This document shows positions 38,600 through 51,024 of a stretch of DNA of 64,000 nt, one piece after another. A program made the translations under genes and the position numbers. Below the pieces are notes generated by a model. It saw nothing but the letters and a program-made list of their open reading frames with translations. It was not told where the DNA came from and searched no databases. The DNA lies in the IMG/VR virus record IMGVR_UViG_3300014208_000002, positions 136,727-200,726 of that record, one strand, 5' to 3'. Source of the stretch: a virus. Taxonomy: Duplodnaviria > Caudoviricetes. Each line of letters begins with the position of its first letter. Within the stretch, counting starts at the first letter, position 1.

Positions 38600-39322
38600 A
38601 TGGAAGAAGATAATAAAAGCGGGGATGACTGTAAGATAATACAGATGGATACTACTTCCCCTGAATGGGCATCTATGATGGAGAGAATTCAGCAAGCCAA
38701 GCTACGAAAGGCTAATGGAAAAATTGAAGAAGAAACACCCGTATATTTACGGGCATCTACTTATAATAAATGGGGTGAATAATTGGGGCGAGGTAAAAAT
38801 AAACCAAAAGAACTTGTCTGTATTTTACATGATGAAATTTCAGATGTAGCAGATAAAATTCTGGCTATGGATTGGAGTGAAGTCTATATGGATAACACTA
38901 AAGAAATAATTGATTATTTAAATGAACAAGCTACTAAAATAAAGCAATATGCAAAAGAAGCAAAGGAAAGAGGAATTGCAATGGAAAATAGATTGCGACA
39001 ATATCATGATGGGATATCCTCCCTTGGGTTTACAAGGAAAAGAAAATGAAACTCTTAATAAGAGATAATAGCTATGAAGGAAAGTATATTCTCCTTTTTA
39101 ATAAAAAAAGGAAAAATTATGACTGATTTCACAAAAGGTTTAATAGAACAGAATGTTATGAAAAATATAACTACTGGTTTTGGCCCAAATTTTTTGAAAG
39201 ATGTTATGCCAGAGCATTTGGTATCAGAAACAATTAGGGCATACTCCGCACAAATTAAACTGTTGGAAGAAAAAGGAGAATACGAATATGCGAAACTTAG
39301 CCTCGGTTCAAACCCTAACTGA
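38600..39322 (+). CDS. Three small hypothetical genes (38600-38782, 38783-39049, 39074-39322)
   Basis: ORF track, RBSs. Confidence 0.55.
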
Positions 39323-39352
39323 AATTATTTTTGAAAAAATATAAAGGACTAA

Positions 39353-40105
39353 ATGACAACACAAGATTTTTTTAATTCATCCAATAGTAAAAAAGATAAA
39401 AAAATAAAGTTCTTTCCTTCTTATGTAGGATCAAAAGCATTCTGGTTACCAAAATTGGAATCTTTTAGAGGAAGTAAAATAGCAGAGTTATTTTGTGGCT
39501 CTTCTGTTATCTCTGCTAACTTAGCAAGCAAGGCAGTATTAAATGATTTTGATTTTCAAATATATAATATTTTAAGTAATTTTAAAGATATACCAGAATT
39601 AGAAACTTTTACTTCGGATGATTATTTTGCCCACAGGGGTGATAAAGACTGGTGGAAATATGCTTTTTATTTTCAGAAAATGTCCTTTTCCGGGGTATTT
39701 AGATATTCAAAGAATGGATATAATGTTCCAATTAAACCCAATATTTCAGAAATTCATATTCTTCCTGATTTACTTTTAGCTAAAAAAAGAATGGAAGGGC
39801 TAAATCCTACTATACTAAATAAATCTTATATAGATGTTCCATTTGATTTATATAAAGACTATATTGTTGTTTTAGACCCCCCGTATCAAGACAGTCAAGC
39901 TTCTTATAACACTGCGTTTAATTATGAAGAATACTGGGATTTTATAGAAGATATAAAAAATAAAGTACCTGCTCTTATTATTTTTGATAGGGAAACTAAC
40001 TTAAAAAAGCATTTTTCTATAGAGGAGTTTCAATATAGGAAAATGACTGTTAATGGTAAATATCAAGGAGATATGGAAGCAATGGTGATTCATTATGGTA
40101 CATAA
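39353..40105 (+). CDS. Dam-like (D12 class) DNA adenine methyltransferase
   Basis: FPSYVGSK, ELFCGS, LND, FSGVFRYS..G.YNVP, LDPPY. Confidence 0.85.
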   Translation: MTTQDFFNSSNSKKDKKIKFFPSYVGSKAFWLPKLESFRGSKIAELFCGSSVISANLASKAVLNDFDFQIYNILSNFKDIPELETFTSDDYFAHRGDKDWWKYAFYFQKMSFSGVFRYSKNGYNVPIKPNISEIHILPDLLLAKKRMEGLNPTILNKSYIDVPFDLYKDYIVVLDPPYQDSQASYNTAFNYEEYWDFIEDIKNKVPALIIFDRETNLKKHFSIEEFQYRKMTVNGKYQGDMEAMVIHYGT

Positions 40106-40685
40106 TTTTGATGAATCTCTTAAAGTAGGAGAGTTGGGAGAAAAAAAGTTTTTAGCGGACTGTGGTTCACTTTTTGAAAAAAGGAGTGGCCGTATAGAAG
40201 ATTTTAGGGTTAAAAATACTGGTACTTTGGTTGAATTAAAAACAGATTTATATTGCCCTCAAAAAGCCTATAAGGAGATAGGATATACTCCTCCAATAGT
40301 TCTTCCAGAAGGTTGTAAAGATTGGACTAATAACTTTGTTATTGAAAGGTATTCAAATAAAAATGTTAAAAACAATGGAGGCCCTTGGCAAAGTTGGGAA
40401 AAGAAAATTCCTATTTTTATTTACCAATTTTTACATACCTCTTTTAGAATTATTTTTGATACAGAAATGCTTTTGAAAAGAATGAGTAAATTTATTGAAG
40501 AAAGAAACCCTTTTTTGAAGGACATAATAAATACAAATCATGTTACCCAGGTGTATTTGGTTCCCATTAAGTATTTGATAGATTTGAATAGCATAATTTT
40601 TATACAAGGAGACAAAGATGAGAAATTTGGCAACAGTTCAAGTTCTGTCCACCCTTTCCCCAATAGAAGGAAAAGACCGAATTGA
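40095..40685 (+). CDS. PD-(D/E)xK nuclease-like protein
   Basis: GELGE...EDF...VELKTD...NFVIE. Confidence 0.6.
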   Translation: MVHNFDESLKVGELGEKKFLADCGSLFEKRSGRIEDFRVKNTGTLVELKTDLYCPQKAYKEIGYTPPIVLPEGCKDWTNNFVIERYSNKNVKNNGGPWQSWEKKIPIFIYQFLHTSFRIIFDTEMLLKRMSKFIEERNPFLKDIINTNHVTQVYLVPIKYLIDLNSIIFIQGDKDEKFGNSSSSVHPFPNRRKRPN

Positions 40686-41760
40686 ACTTGCTCGGGTCTT
40701 GGGGTGGAATGTTATAGTTGAAAAAGGCTATAAGGTCGGAGACAAGATAATTTATATTGAAATCGACTCCCTCCTCCCTGCAAATAATCCTGATTTTGAA
40801 TTTCTTCGCAAGCGTTGTTATGTAGAAAAATACAATGCCATGCGAATTAAAACTATGAAGATGAACGGAATCTACTCGCAGGGATTAGTTCTTCCAATAA
40901 GCATTCTCCCCAAAAAGGATTATAAGGTTGGAGATGATGTAACAGAGATTCTTGGAATAACAAAGTTTGATCCTGAACTTGAGGAAGAGAATAAGCTTGC
41001 CGCCCATAAGCGCCGTCCGTGGATTATTCGTTTCCTCGCACGAAATAAATGGATTAAGGATCATATTCTTTTTCCTCCTCATAAGAGCGATGTCTGGCCT
41101 GTTTTTATTTCCAAGACGGATGAGACAAGGATTCAAGCATTGGGGCAGAATTTCTTGAATAGTCTATCTATATATAATCCACTTTATATTTCTGAAAAAG
41201 TAGATGGACAGTCTGCAACTTTTGGAATATATAAAAAGAAATTTTATGTATGTTCCCGCAACATGCACTTAGTACTTAAAGACAATTCTAATCATTGGAT
41301 TATCGCAACTAAATATTCTCTTGAAAAGAAATTAAAGTCTTTAAAGAAGAATATTTATATCCAAGGAGAAATCTGCGGGCCGAATATTCAGAAGAATAAA
41401 TATAACCTAACAGAAAAGAAACTCTTTATCTTCAATGCCTATGACATTGATAAAAAGAAATTTTATTCTCTTGGAGAATTAAATGATCTAAGTAATTTCT
41501 TGAAAGTTCCCCTTGTTCCCTTTATAGACATGGTAGAAATACATGAGGAGCTTGCAGTATTCCCTATAAAGGGTACAACTATGCCCGCAACTGTGGATGC
41601 TTTTGTTAATTATGCTAATGGGCAGTCTCTACTATTCCCTACAGAGCGAGAAGGAATTGTTGTCCGTCCGTATGATTCTCTTAAAGGCAATGGACATACT
41701 GGCCCTGTATTAGGGTTTAAGGCGATTAGTCCAGAATTTACAATTAAATGGGATTTGTAA
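40618..41760 (+). CDS. RNA ligase, DRB0094/Rnl2-like family
   Basis: N-terminal LATV...IEGKDRIE; motifs EKVDG, QGEICG, FIFN, EREGIVVR, FKAIS. Confidence 0.88.
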   Translation: MRNLATVQVLSTLSPIEGKDRIELARVLGWNVIVEKGYKVGDKIIYIEIDSLLPANNPDFEFLRKRCYVEKYNAMRIKTMKMNGIYSQGLVLPISILPKKDYKVGDDVTEILGITKFDPELEEENKLAAHKRRPWIIRFLARNKWIKDHILFPPHKSDVWPVFISKTDETRIQALGQNFLNSLSIYNPLYISEKVDGQSATFGIYKKKFYVCSRNMHLVLKDNSNHWIIATKYSLEKKLKSLKKNIYIQGEICGPNIQKNKYNLTEKKLFIFNAYDIDKKKFYSLGELNDLSNFLKVPLVPFIDMVEIHEELAVFPIKGTTMPATVDAFVNYANGQSLLFPTEREGIVVRPYDSLKGNGHTGPVLGFKAISPEFTIKWDL

Positions 41761-41924
41761 AATAAAGGGAGAGAACAAATTGAAGAAAACCAGTGAGCGA
41801 AAGACTATGTTTGATTGGTGTCCTCAGTGTGAATTTTTTAAGGAATGTTATGATGAGCAAGGAAATGGTCCTTATTTTTTAACCCCTGAATGTGCTGATA
41901 ATGTTGAAGGAGATACTGGTAATA

Positions 41925-42206
41925 ATGGAAACTGAAGAGGATAAAGACCTTGTAGAAGATGATTTAAGTCATGCGGAAATCTTCTATGAGGATATCATTA
42001 GGGTAAAGTATTCTGATTACTCCTATCTTATCTTTTATCCAAAAGAAAATTTTTGGGCTATTGAGGAAGATGAAGAATACTATACTCTTATAGATGATCC
42101 AAATAATCTTCCAAAAGATGTGGATTCTGAAAAATTTCAAAAAGGATATAAGTTAATAACAGAATTTATAAATAGGAGGGATAATAATGGAACTGGAATG
42201 CCCTGA
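41925..42206 (+). CDS. Acidic hypothetical protein
   Basis: Start revised to the ATG after AAGGAG. Confidence 0.55.
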   Translation: METEEDKDLVEDDLSHAEIFYEDIIRVKYSDYSYLIFYPKENFWAIEEDEEYYTLIDDPNNLPKDVDSEKFQKGYKLITEFINRRDNNGTGMP

Positions 42207-42338
42207 ATGTTTAACTCTCTTTGAAGTAGAAACTTGGTGTGAAATAACCTGTCCCTCTTGTGGTAGAAGGGGGTGGTGGGACGAATGCGAAACAGGAGAT
42301 AATGATTGGGAAGTTACTGTTAATTGGAATTAGATACT

Positions 42339-42599
42339 ATGAGTAAAGCGGCGCATTATAAATTTTTTGAGAATATTGATTGTGAATATTATCCTTGTCA
42401 TAAAAATGTTAAATGTATAAATTGTCTTTTTTGCTTCTGCCCCCTTTATGACATGGAAGACTGCGGGGGAAACTTTATTATATTAGACAATAAAATAAAA
42501 GATTGCTCTAACTGCATGATTCCGCATAACCCCCCTGGATATGACATAATTATTAGAAAGCTCATGGATAAAAATAATAAAAGTCCTACTAATATATAA
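42339..42599 (+). CDS. Cysteine-rich small domain protein (zf-like, PF04071-type)
   Basis: CEYYPCH...NCLFCFCPLY...CGG...KDCSNC.IPH. Confidence 0.8.
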   Translation: MSKAAHYKFFENIDCEYYPCHKNVKCINCLFCFCPLYDMEDCGGNFIILDNKIKDCSNCMIPHNPPGYDIIIRKLMDKNNKSPTNI

Positions 42600-42613
42600 A
42601 AGAGGACTAATTT

Positions 42614-43286
42614 ATGAGAATATTATTTGAATACCGAAAATTGCTCCGAATCCGAGTAGACTGCCAAGGGGAATCTCAATTTTATTTTCGTGTAGTAAAT
42701 GATCCAGGATATAAGGACTATACCCTTCGTGGAACCCCTGCTGGTTTACATAAGTTTCTTAAACGAATAAAGGCTAAAGACACTGGGACTTCCCCAAGCT
42801 CCCTTCGTGGGATAACCTATCATGAAATGTTGGATGGAATTATTAACGGAAATAATAAAGAAATTTGGGTTTGGTCTTATATGTGGAAGCCTATGGCTAT
42901 TTCCCGCAAGATTGTAAACCTTCCTGAGTAAACAAATGCGAATAATAAAAGAATCAGACATAGAAGAAAAAAGAGAAGAAGCTCTCCTGAAACTCTTGAA
43001 TAAATATATAGAAGATACCGAAGATGATATTGAAAAAACGGAAGGGAAACCCATTGCTTTTACACAACGATATTCTTTTAAAGTTGAAACAAGAGATATA
43101 GATCAGCTAAAAAACAATTTAGTTCTTACAATAAAAGAAGGGGTTTCAAGCGGTAGATATCCAAAAAATACAATTAGTAAATTAAAAAATCTTTTTAAGA
43201 ACCTTGGATTAGGATTAGGTGGAAAAAAGGAAGCATTAGAAGACCTTAAAAAAATACTAATTTTTATTGAAGAGATAAAAAAGTAG
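42614..43286 (+). CDS. Two late hypothetical genes (42614-42931 MRILFEY; 42936-43286 MRIIKES)
   Basis: Late motif at 42587, tagged N-termini. Confidence 0.65.
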
Positions 43287-43288
43287 TC

Positions 43289-44469
43289 ATGCTTGTTTAT
43301 ATGTATCGGGTCATTCCTTCCTACGGCTTTGAAAGCTATATACTAAATGGTATAATGGTGGGATTAAATTGGACATATTTTCCTTCTGACCAAGGAGATC
43401 ATTCTTTTTTAGAAAAGCAAGTGCGGTCTGTCGGAATTTATTATGATTGGAATATATGCCCGCAGATTTTCGCTTGTCCTGTTTGCTATTCTGGAACGCT
43501 TGGATTCTATGGGAATGGAAATCAATCCCAAGAAGATAATGATAGAGGACATACGGGTGAAGAGTTCTTTGCTTGTGGTCAATGTGGGAGAGGATAATAT
43601 GAATGATTGGATTTATTTTGAAAAGAGAATAATTGGAACAAAACATAAATATATAAATTTACAAATAGGCTGGGATAAAGAATCTACAACTATTTTTGGT
43701 TTTAATTTTAGACTAAGTAGAAAAGAAGATCACGCTGGATTAAATACTTGGTTTAATTTATTTAGATTTTATATATTTTTTTATATTACGGATAATCGCC
43801 ATTGGTGCTACTATTGTAATAAGTTTAAGGATGAAATTTGCTATACAGAAAAGCATGAGGAGAAAGAATAATGCCCGATGATTATTCTGATCTTTTAATG
43901 CCTGTAATTATTCGTCATGATGATCCAGAGTTTTCTATTTTTCTTGGTGATCCATCGGATGCAGGAAAACATATACTAACATCAATAGTGGATGACCCGA
44001 ATGAGTTCATTCCAAGTACAGAGCCAAGAGGATTAACTTTTTAGAGGAGAAATATATTATGAAGCCGAGTTCGCTTGTAGCAGAGTTCCTAAAATCAAAA
44101 ACAGATGCCCGAACTTTTTTAGAAAACATTGATTTAGACAGTCTTGAAGAGGAGGGAGAAACCGCAGGAGGAAACATATCCTCTGATTTTGGTATTCCTA
44201 CCGTAATCCACAAGCCCAGCAAAAAGCCGAGATTTGGGGACGACTCTGATGAAGAATTAGACTTAGATACTGAAATTGAAAAAAGAGTAGATAATCGGGC
44301 GTCAAAGATATCCCCTGTAGATGAGTCAGATAAGTCCTTTTCTCTAAACGAATTATTTTCAACTACCCCTATGGACGAAAGCTTTGATACCATGCTTCGT
44401 GAATGTGGACCAGATAAGTTGTCCGGGAATGACAGTGATTTACCGGACACGCTGAGGGGAATTTTTTAA
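43289..44469 (+). CDS. Hypothetical genes (43289-43597, 43599-43871, 43871-44044, acidic 44059-44469)
   Basis: ORF track plus coupled starts. Confidence 0.55.
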
Positions 44470-44478
44470 AAAAATAAG

Positions 44479-44507
44479 TTGACAATTTCCTCTATACCTC
44501 CTATAAT
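44479..44507 (+). promoter_or_regulatory. Consensus sigma70 early promoter
   Basis: TTGACA-17 bp-TATAAT (perfect consensus). Confidence 0.85.
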
Positions 44508-44542
44508 TCTATGTGAATAGGATAAATAATTAAGGGGAGCAT

Positions 44543-45100
44543 ATGGAGTCAACTGAAGTTTCCGTTACCAAAGAATTTCTTACTTTTATTGAGGAACAAA
44601 TAGAAAAGTTCCAGACTTATACTCGCCTCCATGAAGAACTTCTTCTAACTCCTGAAATGATAAATACTGCTATGGCTTCTTATGAATCTGTTAATATTAT
44701 GCTTATTGGTCTTTATAGAAAAAATAAAACCGAAGAGTATAATGTTCAAAAACAGTATAAGAAGTGGTTTGATAAAAAGTTCTCTGAAATCCGAAAAGAA
44801 ATGATTGCCGAGGCTGATAATAAATCCGTTAAAATTGCCATAAAGGAATATGAATCTGAACTTCGTGTTCGCTTTGAAGATGAATACTGGGCATGGCAAG
44901 ATAAGATGACTGTTGCCGAGAATAAAACAGGCTTCGCACTTGATCTACTTCAGTCATGGAAATCCTATGATAAAATTCTCGTTCAATTATCCTCTAACAT
45001 GCGGGGAGAAATGTATGCTTTGTCTTTAGATAATAGAATAAACTTTACTCAAGATAAAGTACGGGTACTTCCCCGCAGAGGGCAAAAACTGGAAGGGTAG
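44543..45100 (+). CDS. Helical protein, possibly UvsY-like recombination mediator
   Basis: Coiled-coil pattern and size; weak resemblance only. Confidence 0.35.
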   Translation: MESTEVSVTKEFLTFIEEQIEKFQTYTRLHEELLLTPEMINTAMASYESVNIMLIGLYRKNKTEEYNVQKQYKKWFDKKFSEIRKEMIAEADNKSVKIAIKEYESELRVRFEDEYWAWQDKMTVAENKTGFALDLLQSWKSYDKILVQLSSNMRGEMYALSLDNRINFTQDKVRVLPRRGQKLEG

Positions 45101-45126
45101 TCTTCCTAAAATAAAAGGAGCCGAAA

Positions 45127-45531
45127 ATGGCAGAATGGATTTCAGTTCAAGATAGAATGCCTTCTGAAAGAGACTTTCCTATTGTGGTGTGCAATTGGGA
45201 TAGAAACTGGTACTATGTAGATGCCGGTTTTATTAACAAATTTTCTGGTGAGTATACTCATTGGATGCCACTAATTCCCCCTATAATAAATCAAGAAAAA
45301 TATTATCCTCATACTGAACTTCCTTGGGAGGCTATGCCTAGTGTCATGGGGAATGAAGATGAATATAATATAACTCATGAAGATTATACAATAGCTATAG
45401 TTTGTGATGGCGTTCACGGACGACGAAATGCAAAAGAGAATGCAGAAAGAATTGTGGCTTGTGTAAGTGCCTTTGGAAATATGTCAATTGAAGAGATAAA
45501 TGAAATTGTAAAAGCAGGGGGTGTAAAATGA
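45127..45531 (+). CDS. DUF551-like protein
   Basis: EWISVQDRMP...YTHWMPL. Confidence 0.7.
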   Translation: MAEWISVQDRMPSERDFPIVVCNWDRNWYYVDAGFINKFSGEYTHWMPLIPPIINQEKYYPHTELPWEAMPSVMGNEDEYNITHEDYTIAIVCDGVHGRRNAKENAERIVACVSAFGNMSIEEINEIVKAGGVK

Positions 45532-48500
45532 ACAGAAAAAGAGTTAAAGAGCTTCTACCAGTTTTTCAAGCGTATGCTGATGGTAAAGAGATAGAATTTT
45601 TGGATAGGGGAAGATGGATTGGTTTTAAGGAGAATAATCCCCCTATATGGATGGATGGAGTTATTTACCGTATCAAGCCCGAGCCTAAGAAGAGGCTGAT
45701 GACTCGGGGAGAAGTGCTATACAAGGTTACCAATACTCCGGGGATGGTGGTTAGGCAGGACAAGGGACTCGTTGTTCCTGCCCAATGCTACATGTTTGAA
45801 AGTAAGATAGAAAGATATGAATGGGCTATCATCGACAAGACCGGGGAGTCTGTGGATGGGCAATGGCATAAGTTTGGGGTGGAAGAAAATGAGTGATATA
45901 TCAACCAAATCAGTAGAAGAGCTTGCTTATGAAAAGCTTTTAGAATTAGATGCCGAGAACATTAAATTCTGGAAAGCTCTGACACATATTGCTCATGAAA
46001 ATACTTGTGTTAATATTGAGAACGGGCCAATTTTACAAGAAGATACTATAAAACTTCTTCGTAATATTGCCAGAGAAGCATTAGGATGGGAAAAAATTCT
46101 ATGAATGATATAATCGAGAATATCATAGATTGGTTTTCAGAATATTCTCGATTTGTCATTGGAGGTATAGTTTTAACTATTCTTATAATTCTTCTCATTG
46201 GTTTATTTCCTGCTAAGTTTGTTTGTGGATATGTTATGGATAAATATTCAGAAGAACATTTAGAGTGGAATACTGAAGAAGAAGAAGAAGATCAATATAG
46301 AAGTGAGACTAATCCTGAACTTTATACCTATACTGATGATGATGGAAATATTCAAACTTCTGTAAGATTTGTAACCCGAAGTGTATACGATCATACAGAT
46401 ATTGTCACCTATCATCATATTGATGATGCTGATTTTATCATTATTGTTCGATCTATGGATAATGAATCTGGATATAATTGGTATGAAAGAAAGTTTAATA
46501 AGAGTAGAGAAAAGAAAAGTTTTAAATTTTATATTCCTGTGGATATTTATATGAAGCTGAGATTAGAAAGTAGTTTTATTGCCGATAGAGTTGAACATTG
46601 GTTTTATGATAATATAACAAGAACGGAAATTGCTAGGAGAAATAGATGAGTATTGAGGAGACTCAAAATAATAAATTTTATGAACAGGCTCGACAAGATT
46701 GGTTTAATAGAAAAAACAATAGTGACCATTATACAGGGAAAGAAATGGACAAATGGATTCGTAAGAGGATTCGTATCCTTGAAAAGGAGAAACATTAAAT
46801 GAAAAAGAAAGCAATGAAAGAGTTAATTCAGATATACGAAATAGCTCTTTATGAAATAGCAAAAAGAGTGGCAAATCCTATAACTCAATATGGTTGTAAA
46901 GCAAATGATTTTATGAGGCATATTGATAGTATGTGGCAAATTGCTTCTGATGCTTTGAAGAAAGGTAGGGAAGAATAGAAATGAGTATAAGCAAAAAATC
47001 TATAGAGACTATAACTGATACTTTTTCTAAGATGGATATAAAGACCATTAAAAGACTAATTTCTCAAGCAGAAAAAATAAAGGATCAAATTGCCGGTAAG
47101 AGAGATGATTTGCGAGAAATAGTTTCTGACCTATCCGACATTCTTGATTCATGTGATTCAGGAGTTGAAAATATAGAAGAGGGATTTAGGTCTATTGAAA
47201 GCGGGCTTGAAGATATTTCTATGTATCTATAGGGAGGAAGTATGTCTTTATTTTTTATTATTGTGGGAACACTTTTACTCATTTGTGTGATAATTCTATT
47301 GTGTAATATTCAAACAATTAGAACGTGCCTTTCTAGTGTACAAAGACTTGTTGTTCTTATGTGTGGTATACTTTTTATAGTAGGAAGTTCTTTTTCTTTA
47401 GTTTTGGGTATTTCTTTAATATAGGGAGGAAGTATGGGATACTTATTTATTGGTCTAGGTATAGGTATTGTAGTAATGCTACTATCACTACTATTTGCCT
47501 ATCAAGAAAATTCTGACTGTTTTGATATGGATATAATTCCTATTTTTTTTTGGTTTTATGTGGAAAATTATTCTTATTCTTATTGTCGTCGGTATGGCTA
47601 TATTCTTTTTGGCTTTTGGCTTACATGCAATATTAGAAAACTACAAAGGATAAACTAAATGGAAATAGAAGTTAATATTGATAGCTTTTCACCTTCCGAA
47701 TTTGGCTTTGTGGTTTCTACCCCACAAGAACTATGGGATATATTAGTTCGGCGTGACGGGTACTCTAAAATAAAATTTGATTATGATAGTGATTATTCAG
47801 AATATGGTCCTGGCTCTATTAAAGTATTCGGCATTAGAGAAGAAAATGACAAAGAAAAAGAATATAGACTTGCAAAAGAAAAGAAAGAAAAAGAAAGAAA
47901 GCGAGAATTAAGAAAAATATCTCTTGAACAACAGGAAGCTAAAGAAAGAGCAGAATATGAAAAGCTAAAGAAAAAATATGGTAAGGAGGAAATAGTATGA
48001 GTGTAGATTATGATGGAGTTGGTGGAATAGGTATATCACTAACTGAAGAAAGAATTCAAAAGCTTATTGAGCATAATATTTTTACTCAAGAGGAATATAA
48101 TGATGGTTCCTATGAAGCTATAGAAAAATTAAATCTAATCTATTCTTGTGCCGGGGATTCTTATTGTGAGCAAACTTATTTCTATCTTTTTGTGGAAGGG
48201 GGAACTCTTAAAGAAGTTATGGATAACTACTTATCATTTACAGACCAATGGGAGAAGCTTTCCGGTGAGAATCTTTCATTTAATGATCTTATTGTTATTA
48301 GTGATATTTATGTCCACTAAACTTTTTAATATAAGGGAGAGATAAATGAAAGAAATACTCTTAAATATATCTTTATTATGTATGCTTTTCTCTTTAACTT
48401 TATCCGGGGCTATAATGGTAATTAAATATGCCCAAAATAGTAAAACCGAAAGTTCAGAAAGAATTATAGATAATTGGAAATATGCTTTTTCTACTTATTC

Positions 48501-51024
48501 TGTTAAGCCGATTAAGAAGAAAGGAAAGAGAGTACACTATAATTATCCAAGGAGGTAGATATGCCTTACTGTACAAGTTGCGGAAGAGAAATACCTGAAG
48601 GTCAAGGCTCAAGTTGTTCTATGTGCTATGGAGATATGGCGCATGGAACTGATGGTTTTTATGAAGCAGAAATGCGTAGGGAAGAAGAACGGGAGCAAGA
48701 GCCGTATGAAGGAGAAGAAAATGTATAAACCCCCTAGTGAAGAGGCCGTTTCTATTGTAAAAATGATAGAATTCTCTAATCCTCCAGAATCCGATAAGGA
48801 AGTTTTTTTAACTTCAATGGCAATTGCTATAGATACTATTAAAAATAAAGCTATAGAAGAAGAAAGAAACTCATGGAGAAATAGACTAGAAGAACTCTTT
48901 TTAGAATATAGGGGAATATATAATAAAGATGATGCTTGTAAGTCTTGTCATGGCTCAGGGATAGTATCTTATGGTAGCACTTCTACTTGGCGAGGAGGCA
49001 TTGGTGGCTGTGCAATGACTAATGATATATGTGATAAATGCTGGGGAAGCGGATCAATTACCCGTAAAGGTATAAATTTAAGAGTTTTATTTAATGCACA
49101 AAGTCATTATAGAGAGTCCCTAAAACTTTGTATAGCGGCATTGTACGAAGCAGTAGAAATAGCCCCTTTAGACAGGCTTCCTACAAAAGCTGGAAACGCT
49201 ATTCAACAAGCACAATATGTTTTAGAGCATTGTTTTAAGGAAGAGGAGGAAAAATAATATGGAAATTAACTGGATAAATATTAAAGACAGACTCCCAAAA
49301 GAAGGACAGAGGGTTATTCTATTTTATGAGGGCGAAGTATGCTATGATTATGTCTTAGTTAAAAACTATGGTAAGATAAAAAGTAACGATTTTTTTGAAC
49401 CTTATCACTCTGGATATTCTTGTGTCAGAACGGCAACACACTGGATGCCCATTATAGAGCCTCCAATAATTGAGGAGAAGTCATGAAAATTGAACTTGAG
49501 GTTTCTGATGATGAGGAATAAATCATGAGTATTACAATTTATTTTCCGAAAGACTGGACAGAAGACTTTGATAAAGAAAATGGCAATTATCAATGTAAAT
49601 GCCTTGACTGTGGTGAATTATTTATTGGACACAAACGGAGAATACAGTGTAAGGTTTGTGCGGAAAGGCTGGGTAGAGTAAATACTAAACTTTTTACTCT
49701 TGATCCTGATTCTTATAAACAAGGAATTCTGGATGAGCGAAAAAGAATTATTGAAGAGATAGACAAAAGAATTATTATAGATATTCATAGCCACAATGAA
49801 CCAAAAGATGCTATGATATACATAGATGATGATTTTCGGAAGGCAATTAAAGGAGAAGAAGATTTATGAGATTTTATATTATATACCCCCGAGGAGATCG
49901 CTCTAAAATATCGGTTTCCGAAGTTGAAGAATATGAAAAAGACGACTATGCTTTAGCTTCCAGGCATACTTTTATTGATGAGAAGGATGCTATAGAGTAT
50001 GCTAAAATACTTGCGAAAGACAATAACAAAATATATGTAGGTGATGATGAGCCAGATTATTTGGATTAAAGGAGAAAGAGCATGGAAATAGACATGAATA
50101 AAACTATCCTTGTTTGGCGCTTTGAAGACGCCCCAAAAGAGTATCAAGAATTATCCGATCATGGTGGAGATGAAGATTGGGTGGCTTTTGTTCCTGAATA
50201 TATGAAAGATTATTGGATAGGTTGGCTGGAAAGTGGAAGTTATTTTGGATGCGCTAGTGTAAGTGAGCATGAAGTAGCTGGTGATATTATTCGTATCGGC
50301 GCACACGCATAGGAGGAAATAATATGAGTGAAAATCAAGAAAAACCAAATTCAGATAGAACGATACAGAATCTTGGTTTATGCCCTAAGTGCGGAGGAAA
50401 TACAAATACCTTTCGGCATCCTGGCGCAAAGGTTTGGTGTGAGTCTTGTGGATTTGTAGTCAGAGAAGAGAAAAAATTTGGAGTCTGCTAATTATAAAGG
50501 AGATAGTAAAGTGAAGGAATATGATTGCTCTCATTTAGATAATAGAGATGATCCTCCCTCCATTGAACTTACTAAAGAGGGTGTTAAAGTTACATTTAGT
50601 AATGGATCATATAAAGTAAGTCAATCAGTAGAAAGTATTTTGCTTTTTAAGATATATGAGCGTTTAGCTCCAAAGGGGGTTATAGGATGTCCTTACTAAT
50701 AATTTTTGGAATTATTTATGGAATATTTTTTATTGGAACTACAATGGGCGATTATTTTATTTCTATAGAAGAAGGAATAAAACCTCTTCTTAAAAGCATA
50801 AGAATAGGACTTATCTGGCCTATTGTTTGGATAATCCGCATCTATATTAAGATAGGATCAATATGAAACTATTAGACGCCAATAGATACCGGGAAGCATT
50901 ATTATCCCTTAGTTATGATGATGACTGCTGGTGTGAGTGTGCAATTGATAATCCCATGCTCCAGGGACGGCATACAGAGGTGTGTAAAAAAATAAAGGAA
51001 TTATTTGAAGAGGAGAATAAATAG
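45528..51024 (+). other. Array of ~22 short, translationally coupled early genes (several membrane proteins and CxxC ribbons; DUF551-like at 49259-49486)
   Basis: Contiguous ORFs with GGAGG RBSs and ATGA overlaps; INWINIKDRLP...THWMP at 49259. Confidence 0.6.
47229..47436 (+). repeat. Identical 16-bp gene-junction repeat
   Basis: ATAGGGAGGAAGTATG at 47229-47244 and 47421-47436. Confidence 0.9.
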
